32,000 nt of DNA, from positions 6,833 to 38,832 of the forward strand of contig NZ_MPKA01000064.1 in NCBI RefSeq assembly GCF_001945605.1, written 5' to 3'. The notes under the pieces are model-generated. The model did no database searches, was not told where the DNA came from, and saw only the letters and a list, made by a program, of their open reading frames with translations. Each line of letters begins with the position of its first letter. The stretch's first letter is position 1. This document shows positions 26,489 to 32,000 of the stretch, piece by piece. Source of the DNA: Dubosiella newyorkensis. Its GTDB lineage: Bacteria; Bacillota_I; Bacilli_A; Erysipelotrichales; Erysipelotrichaceae. The position numbers and the translations under genes were made by a program.

Positions 26489-26519
26489 TTTAGTAAATTT
26501 TGTAATTAATTTTACTAAA
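26489..26519. promoter_or_regulatory. inverted repeat TTTAGTAAA-N13-TTTACTAAA, candidate operator abutting the gal promoter -35
   Basis: Seen directly. ATTAATT also recurs three times (about 26471, 26505, 26520). Confidence 0.35.
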
Positions 26520-26523
26520 TTAA

Positions 26524-26551
26524 TTGACATTATTTTCCTTGCTACTATAAT
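26524..26551 (+). promoter_or_regulatory. sigma-A type promoter of galT-galM-galK (TTGACA-16 nt-TATAAT)
   Basis: Consensus -35 at 26524-26529 and consensus -10 at 26546-26551. SD AAGAGGAG and the ATG at 26575 lie downstream. Confidence 0.7.
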
Positions 26552-26574
26552 AATAAGCAAGAAGAGGAGACTTT

Positions 26575-28059
26575 ATGAACCACGCTATCAATCAATTGAT
26601 CCAATATGGTTTGGATCATGGCCTAATCGATCCATACGATCGATATTATGTTGCCAACACGCTGATCGATCTCTTTTCTCTTTCTCAATACGAAGAAGAG
26701 TCGATCGAGCCAAATTCTGTTTGTCTGCAGGACGTATTGAATACGATGCTCGATCATGCGATCGAACAAGGAATGATCGAGGATACGATCACGCAAAAAG
26801 ATCTGTTGGATACACGGATCATGAATACGCTTATGCCTCGTCCTAGCGAAGTTGTTCACCATTTTGAAGAACTGAAAGAACAGGATCCAAAAAAAGCGAC
26901 CGACTATTTTTACGATCTATCGATCCACTCTAACTATATCCGAATGGATCGGATCAAAAAAAATATCGAGTTCATGATCGAATCCAAATACACGCCGATG
27001 AAGATCACGATCAATTTGTCAAAGCCTGAAAAAGATCCAAAAGAGATCGCAAAAGCCAGCGCCCTTCCTTCGAGTCAATATCCAAAATGTCTTTTATGCA
27101 AAGAGAATGTTGGTTTTGCGGGCACGCTCAATCATCCGGCTCGGCAAAACCATCGCATCCTTCCTTTGTCGCTAGCGCATGGATCGTACGCTTTCCAGTA
27201 TTCGCCCTATGTTTATTACGATCAACATTGTATTATTTTAAATGAAGAACATACGCCGATGCGGATCGATCAAGACACATTCGAAAACTTGTTTTCGTTT
27301 GTAGAACAGTTTCCTCATTATATGTTAGGAAGCAATACGGATATTCCGATCGTTGGCGGATCGATCTTGTCCCATGATCATTATCAAGGTGGCGCCGCGC
27401 ATTTCCCGATCGAAGAGGCTAAAGTTTTTTATAGCGACTCCCTTCCGAATATGGATGTCGAGCTTTTAGAGTGGCCGCTTTCCACGATCCGACTTTCTTC
27501 AAGTTCGAAAGAAGCGCTTGTCAAAGCGAGCATGCAGATCTTAGAAGCGTGGAAGAAGTATGAAGACAAAGATCGAGAGATCATTCCTTACACCAATGGC
27601 ACTCGTCATAATGCGATCACACCGATCGTACGCAAAAAAAACGGGAAGTTCGAAATTGATCTTGTCTTAAGAAACAATCGAACGAGCGAACAATATCCGG
27701 ACGGGATCTTTCACCCACATCCTGAGCATCACCATATCAAAAAAGAGAATATCGGCTTGATCGAGGTCATGGGATTGGCGATCCTTCCTGGCCGTTTAAA
27801 AAAACAAAAGGAAGAGATCATCTCTGTTTTAAAAGGAGAGGCTTCGATCGATTCTCTCCCGGATCTTGCCATGCACCGAGCATGGATCGAGTCACTTCAA
27901 AAAAGCGAAAATAAGAGCGAAGATCTGGATCGTTTCATCAATCAAGCGATTGGCGATAAGTTCGTCCAGGTTCTAGAGAACGCGGGTGTCTTCAAGATGG
28001 ATGTGGACGGAAAACAAGGAATGATCGATTTTTTCGAATCAGTAAAAAAGGATTTATAG
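26575..28059 (+). CDS. galT: UDP-glucose--hexose-1-phosphate uridylyltransferase (long, Gram-positive type GalT)
   Basis: 494 aa. GGSILSHDHYQGG motif. Context with galM and galK. Confidence 0.9.
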   Translation: MNHAINQLIQYGLDHGLIDPYDRYYVANTLIDLFSLSQYEEESIEPNSVCLQDVLNTMLDHAIEQGMIEDTITQKDLLDTRIMNTLMPRPSEVVHHFEELKEQDPKKATDYFYDLSIHSNYIRMDRIKKNIEFMIESKYTPMKITINLSKPEKDPKEIAKASALPSSQYPKCLLCKENVGFAGTLNHPARQNHRILPLSLAHGSYAFQYSPYVYYDQHCIILNEEHTPMRIDQDTFENLFSFVEQFPHYMLGSNTDIPIVGGSILSHDHYQGGAAHFPIEEAKVFYSDSLPNMDVELLEWPLSTIRLSSSSKEALVKASMQILEAWKKYEDKDREIIPYTNGTRHNAITPIVRKKNGKFEIDLVLRNNRTSEQYPDGIFHPHPEHHHIKKENIGLIEVMGLAILPGRLKKQKEEIISVLKGEASIDSLPDLAMHRAWIESLQKSENKSEDLDRFINQAIGDKFVQVLENAGVFKMDVDGKQGMIDFFESVKKDL

Positions 28060-28060
28060 G

Positions 28061-29071
28061 ATGAAACAAAATGATAACGCATTCTCGATCTATGTTTTAG
28101 AGAACGAAAACAATCGAATTGAATTGAGTGATCTAGGGGCGACTTTAGTGTCATGGAAAACGAAAAAAAGCGATGGCTCTTGGCAAGAGATCGTTTTAGG
28201 GTATGACGATTTAGATTCGTATCGCACGCAAGATGGATATTTGGGCGCGTGTCTTGGGCGTGTCGCCAACCGTATCGAAAAAGGGCAGTTCACACTGAAC
28301 GATACGGTATATACTCTTCCGATCAACAATGGTCCAAATTGTCTGCATGGCGGGATTGATGGATTTTCTTATAAACGATTCGATGTCAAGCAAGATGAAA
28401 GCTCGATCGTTTTTCACTACGTGAGCAAAGATCAAGAAGAAGGATTTCCAGGAAATTTGGAAGTTTGGTTTACGTACAGTTTAAAAAAGAACACGTTGAC
28501 GATTCATTATGAAGCGCTCAGCGACGCGGATACGCTTGTCAACTTATCGAATCATTCGTATTTTAATTTGGATGGGAGCGATTCGATCCAAGATCATCGT
28601 CTTCTTGTGAAGGCTTCGAAATTTATGGAGGTCGATGCGGATGGCTTGGTCAAAGGAGAGTATCGAGATTTGCCTACGGATATGGATTTTCAGCAAGAAA
28701 TGCCGATTAGCCAAGCGCTTTCTTCCTCGATCGAGCAGATCGAAGTGGCAAAGGGAATCGACCATCCTTATCTTTTCAGCGATTCCCACGATCCGATCGT
28801 TTTGAGAAGTCCTCTTTCGCATTTGGTCTTGACGATGAATACGAGTTATCCTCTAGCGCAGATCTATTCTGCCAACTATTTAGATGGTCGTCTTGGCAAG
28901 GAGCAAAGGCCTATGCCGAAACAAAGCGGCATTTGTTTTGAGGCCCAATACCTTCCAAACGAGATCAACATCGATCCACAAACAAAAACAATATTAAGAA
29001 AAGGAGAAAAATATGACGAGTGGACGTCATATACGATCAGTTATGAAAACAGTGAATCAATTGATCAATGA
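28061..29071 (+). CDS. galM: aldose 1-epimerase (galactose mutarotase)
   Basis: NCLHGG, NLSNHSYFNL, ICFEAQ motifs. Confidence 0.85.
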   Translation: MKQNDNAFSIYVLENENNRIELSDLGATLVSWKTKKSDGSWQEIVLGYDDLDSYRTQDGYLGACLGRVANRIEKGQFTLNDTVYTLPINNGPNCLHGGIDGFSYKRFDVKQDESSIVFHYVSKDQEEGFPGNLEVWFTYSLKKNTLTIHYEALSDADTLVNLSNHSYFNLDGSDSIQDHRLLVKASKFMEVDADGLVKGEYRDLPTDMDFQQEMPISQALSSSIEQIEVAKGIDHPYLFSDSHDPIVLRSPLSHLVLTMNTSYPLAQIYSANYLDGRLGKEQRPMPKQSGICFEAQYLPNEINIDPQTKTILRKGEKYDEWTSYTISYENSESIDQ

Positions 29072-30323
29072 TTTTGAAGCGAATGTGTTTGATGCGCGAC
29101 TGAAGGCATTATATTTAGATGATTCTCGTCTTGAAGCGGAAAAGGAACGATATATTCAAGCTTTAAAGATGTTTGAATCGTTGTATGGAGATCAAGAGGT
29201 GCAGATCTTTTCGGCGGCTGGACGTTCGGAAGTTTCGGGAAACCATACCGATCACCAGCATGGGCGTGTCTTGGCTGCTAGCATCAATTTAGACACGATC
29301 GCGATCGTATCCAAGCGCGAGGATGATCAGATCAAAGTCGTCTCGGATGATTTCGATATCGAGCCGGTGGATGTGAACGACACGAAACTAAAAGATGTGG
29401 AAGAAAATTCCGCTTCTTTGATCAAGGGTGTTGTTCAGGGATTTAAAAACGATCATTTCCGTGTGGGTGGTTTTAACGCGTATATGACTAGCGAAGTGAT
29501 CGTAGGGGCTGGTTTGTCCTCTTCGGCTAGCTTTGAAGTGCTCATTGGGACGATCCTTTCTTATCTTTACAATGAGGGGAACGTTTCGATGGTCGAGATT
29601 TCAAAGATCGCCCAATATGCGGAAAATGTATATTTTGGCAAGCCTTGTGGTTTGATGGATCAGTGCGCGTGCGCGGTGGGCGGTTTGATCACGATCGATT
29701 TCAAGGATCCTTCTTCTCCTATCGTTCATCAAGTCAATACGGATTTCGATGATTTTGGAGTGAGCTTATGCATTGTCGATACAAAAGGCTCGCATGCGGA
29801 TCTGACGGATGAATATGCGGCGGTTCCTTATGAAATGAAAAAGGTGGCTCATTTTTTTAGTAGCGATGTTTTGCGAGATGTGGATGAGGAAGCGTTCTTG
29901 CAGAATTTAAGTTCGATCCGTGAGAAGATTGGCGATCGAGCTGTGCTGAGAGCGTTCCATTTCTTTAAAGAGAACGCGCGCGTTCCTCAAATCGTAGAGG
30001 CTTTGGAAAAGAAAGATAAAGCAGCTTTCTTAAAAGGGATCCAAGAGTCTGGGGATTCGAGTTATCAATATTTGCAAAATGTGTTCGCGGCTTCGTATCC
30101 TGCCCATCAGGCGGTTTCGCTCGCTTTAGCGCTCAGTAAAGATTTCTTAAAGGACAAGGGTGTTTGTCGTGTCCATGGGGGCGGTTTTGCGGGAACGATC
30201 CTGGCTTTTGTCGACAATGAAGATGTCGCTTCCTATAAAGAATGGATCGAGTCTTTTTTTGGCGCGGATAGCTGTCATGTTTTGAAGATTCGTCCAGAGG
30301 GCGGAACGATCGTCGTCGAATAA
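29013..30323 (+). CDS. galK: galactokinase (GHMP kinase)
   Basis: GRSEVSGNHTDHQHG (galactokinase signature-like) and GHMP motif GAGLSSSASFEV. Start at 29013 has the strong SD AAAAGGAG. The alternative ATG at 29043 has none. Confidence 0.85.
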   Translation: MTSGRHIRSVMKTVNQLINDFEANVFDARLKALYLDDSRLEAEKERYIQALKMFESLYGDQEVQIFSAAGRSEVSGNHTDHQHGRVLAASINLDTIAIVSKREDDQIKVVSDDFDIEPVDVNDTKLKDVEENSASLIKGVVQGFKNDHFRVGGFNAYMTSEVIVGAGLSSSASFEVLIGTILSYLYNEGNVSMVEISKIAQYAENVYFGKPCGLMDQCACAVGGLITIDFKDPSSPIVHQVNTDFDDFGVSLCIVDTKGSHADLTDEYAAVPYEMKKVAHFFSSDVLRDVDEEAFLQNLSSIREKIGDRAVLRAFHFFKENARVPQIVEALEKKDKAAFLKGIQESGDSSYQYLQNVFAASYPAHQAVSLALALSKDFLKDKGVCRVHGGGFAGTILAFVDNEDVASYKEWIESFFGADSCHVLKIRPEGGTIVVE

Positions 30324-30333
30324 AGAATAATTT

Positions 30334-30357
30334 GCCAGTGAAAAACTGGCTTTTTTT
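30334..30357 (+). terminator. rho-independent terminator after galK
   Basis: GCCAGT-GAAAA-ACTGGC followed by T7. Confidence 0.8.
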
Positions 30358-30389
30358 GTTTACGATGATCGTATAAGGAGTAATAGAGT

Positions 30390-31208
30390 ATGAAAGAGAT
30401 CGTTTTAGGAAAGACAAAGATTTGCGTGCCTCAAAATGGTTTTGGGGCGTTGCCGATCCAAAGAGTAAGTCACGAGAAAGCAAAAGAACTTTTGATCAAG
30501 GCGTATGAAGGCGGGATGCGTTTTTTCGATACGGCTAGAGCGTATTCGGATAGCGAAGAAAAGATCGGCGCGGCTTTTGAAGGCATTCCAAGAGAGAATT
30601 ACATTTTGAATTCGAAGACAATGGCGAAAACGCCAGAAGACTTTTGGAAAGATCTTGAATCGTCTTTGTCCAATTTGAAAACGGATTATATTGATGTGTA
30701 TCAATTTCATTGCGCTAATCAAGTGTATAAGCCCAACGATTCGACAGGAATGTACGAGGCGATGCTTGAGGCGAAAAAACAAGGCAAGATCCGACATATT
30801 GGGATCACGGCGCATAAGCTAGGGGTCGCCAAAGAAGCGATCGCCTCGGATCTTTATGAAACTTTACAGTTTCCTTTGAGCTATCTTTCAAGCGAGAAGG
30901 AGCTGGAATTGATTTCGATGTGCAAGGAGCATGATATAGGCTATATCGCGATGAAAGGTTTGGCTGGCGGCTTGATCAACCAGAGCGTTCCGGCGATGGC
31001 GTTCATGCAGCAATTTGACAATGTGATCCCGATCTGGGGGATCCAAAAAGAAAGCGAGCTCAAGGAATGGCTTTCCTTTATGGACAAGACGCCAAAGATG
31101 GATGAAGAGATCAAACATTTTATCGAGAAGGAGAAAAAGGAATTGGCGAAAGATTTTTGTCGAGGGTACACGGCAGCTGGCAAAATGGCTTGTAAGCATT
31201 TTCTTTGA
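30390..31208 (+). CDS. aldo/keto reductase; C-terminal Fe-S (CxxCxxC...) extension apparently cut off
   Basis: AKR strings FDTARAYSDSE and HIGITAHK. The ORF ends ...KDFCRG|YTAAGKMACKHFL, where related AKRs (from memory) continue CRGCGYC... into a ferredoxin-like domain. Confidence 0.7.
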   Translation: MKEIVLGKTKICVPQNGFGALPIQRVSHEKAKELLIKAYEGGMRFFDTARAYSDSEEKIGAAFEGIPRENYILNSKTMAKTPEDFWKDLESSLSNLKTDYIDVYQFHCANQVYKPNDSTGMYEAMLEAKKQGKIRHIGITAHKLGVAKEAIASDLYETLQFPLSYLSSEKELELISMCKEHDIGYIAMKGLAGGLINQSVPAMAFMQQFDNVIPIWGIQKESELKEWLSFMDKTPKMDEEIKHFIEKEKKELAKDFCRGYTAAGKMACKHFL

Positions 31209-31478
31209 TTTGTTATAATATTACTATGAAAGCAAACGGATGAGCTCAAAACGAAAGTCATGGAGGTGGTAGAAAATGCATAAGGGAGTAAAGATCGCGC
31301 TGGACCCAAGTCCCGTCCAGATTGTACTGCTTCGAAAACATGCCGGGACGGCCCGTTTTGTCTACAACCATCTTTTGGCTTATATACAGGAAGAGTACGA
31401 CAAGGGCAATAAGGTATCGACAAATTTCTATCAGCTCCGCAAACACTGGAACAGTGTGAAGGCAGAAGCCGCCTGTAG
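31167..31478 (+). mobile_element. left part of an IS605/IS1341-type (tnpB-only) element, itself interrupted
   Basis: Starts about where AKR similarity stops. Contains the SD GGAGGTGG and the TnpB N-terminus. The boundaries are inferred, not demonstrated. Confidence 0.4.
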
Positions 31479-31509
31479 ATGTCAAGTTAAAAATGTACAA
31501 ATTCGATGA
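31276..31509 (+). pseudogene. tnpB: TnpB/OrfB (IS200/IS605-family accessory, RNA-guided nuclease family) N-terminal fragment
   Basis: MHKGVKIALDPSPVQIVLLRKHAGTARFVYNHLLAYIQEEY... is a typical OrfB_IS605 N-terminal HTH region. Similarity ends near ...WNSVKAEAA (~31478) and the ORF then runs 10 codons into foreign sequence. Confidence 0.6.
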
Positions 31510-32000
31510 GATAAAAATGCTCAATTTTGTTTGAAAGATACTGAAGGATCTTTTCGATCCTTCTTTCGATTTTGACCAATTGCTTTATTCCTGTTCGGTG
31601 TGCGGCTTCTTCTTGATATGGTCTTTCATACGGTAAGACTTTCCGGTAATGGACACGACATGCGCATGATGCAGGATCCTGTCCAGGATCGCATTGGCCA
31701 TAACGGGGTCCTGAAATATCTCGTCCCATTCGCCAAAGCCGATATTGGTTGTCAGTATCGTGCTTTTCTGTTCGTATCGTTTGTCGATCAGCTGAAAGAA
31801 CAGTTTCGACTCTTCTTTTGTGATCGGCAGATACCCGATTTCGTCGATAATCAGCAGCTTGTACCGGCTGTAATTCTTCAAACGGTTTTCCAGCCGATTT
31901 TCTTCGTTGGCTTTTCTCAGCTGCTGGATGAGGTCGTGGCATTTGATGAAGTAGGTGCTGTTCCTCTTCTTGGCGGCTTCGATTCCCAGGGACTATATAG
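31479..32000 (-). mobile_element. istB-proximal end of an IS21-family insertion sequence (continues beyond the window)
   Basis: istB 3' half at 31585 onward. The putative terminus begins TGTAGATGTCAAG... at ~31479, with repeated TGTA/AAAAATG motifs. Hairpin GAAGGATC-TTTC-GATCCTTC at ~31541-31561. Confidence 0.6.
31585..31992 (-). CDS. istB: IS21-family helper ATPase IstB, C-terminal part
   Basis: Hand extension of track ORF 31585..31881: SLGIEAAKKRNSTYFIKCHDLIQQLRKANEENRLENRLKNYSRYKLLIIDEIGYLP (Walker B LLIIDE)...ILDRILHHAHVVSITGKSYRMK. The frame hits a TAG at 31995-31993, 6 nt from the window end. Confidence 0.8.
   Translation of the reverse strand, partial: SLGIEAAKKRNSTYFIKCHDLIQQLRKANEENRLENRLKNYSRYKLLIIDEIGYLPITKEESKLFFQLIDKRYEQKSTILTTNIGFGEWDEIFQDPVMANAILDRILHHAHVVSITGKSYRMKDHIKKKPHTEQE

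Noticed and set aside
31487-31942. A 151-aa minus-strand track ORF across the IS21 region.
   Set aside because: It is in a different frame from the clear IstB reading frame (LLIIDEIGYLP...ILDRILHHAHV). It is Arg/Pro-rich junk.
31993-32000. An in-frame TAG in istB 6 nt from the window end (window terminates ...GGGACTATATAG).
   Set aside because: This cannot be interpreted at a window or contig edge. It is most likely an assembly or trim artefact within a repeated IS, not evidence of a pseudogene.

Overview
The window looks like a chromosomal segment from a Gram-positive (Bacillota-type) organism. Evidence: strong AGGAGG-type SDs, a lipobox lipoprotein, a long Gram-positive-type GalT, and many translationally coupled operons. 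I see three compositional blocks.

(i) 1 to ~3.6 kb is an AT-richer, GATC-poor accessory block, entirely on the minus strand. It holds a radical-SAM enzyme truncated by the window edge, a hand-found 52-aa Cys/Trp-rich precursor-like peptide just upstream of it, four small membrane/lipoprotein/unknown genes, a small serine recombinase and one more unknown gene.

(ii) ~4.0 to 31.2 kb is core-like DNA with striking over-representation of GATC/CGATCG. By eye this is about one GATC per 20-35 nt, against about one per 250 nt in block (i). Contents:
- a PTS-EIIB::ROK-like fusion
- a TetR plus two membrane-protein operon, divergent from a heterodimeric ABC exporter
- a murF::ddl fusion, racemase and acyltransferase-3 operon
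- HIT and DJ-1 genes
- an ldcA-like, membrane, recG, membrane-anchored and rloB-like operon
- M42 peptidase, cyclophilin, msrB and a mazG-like gene
- a small gene plus a C39-like protein
- a LacI-type regulator divergent from galT-galM-galK
- an aldo/keto reductase

(iii) 31.2 to 32.0 kb is nested IS debris: a TnpB N-terminal fragment interrupted by the istB end of an IS21-family element.

No rRNA, tRNA or CRISPR array was seen.

The most interesting call is the murF::ddl-racemase-acyltransferase operon. It reads as a Van-like D-Ala-D-Ser peptidoglycan-precursor module in an unusual architecture, without VanRS or VanXY: the ligase is fused to MurF, and VanT is split into a racemase and a membrane protein. 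Other leads are the edge-truncated rSAM/RiPP locus, the EIIB::ROK fusion, an orphan RloB/TOPRIM gene, and the GATC enrichment itself.

All homology statements come from motif recognition by eye. No searches were run.
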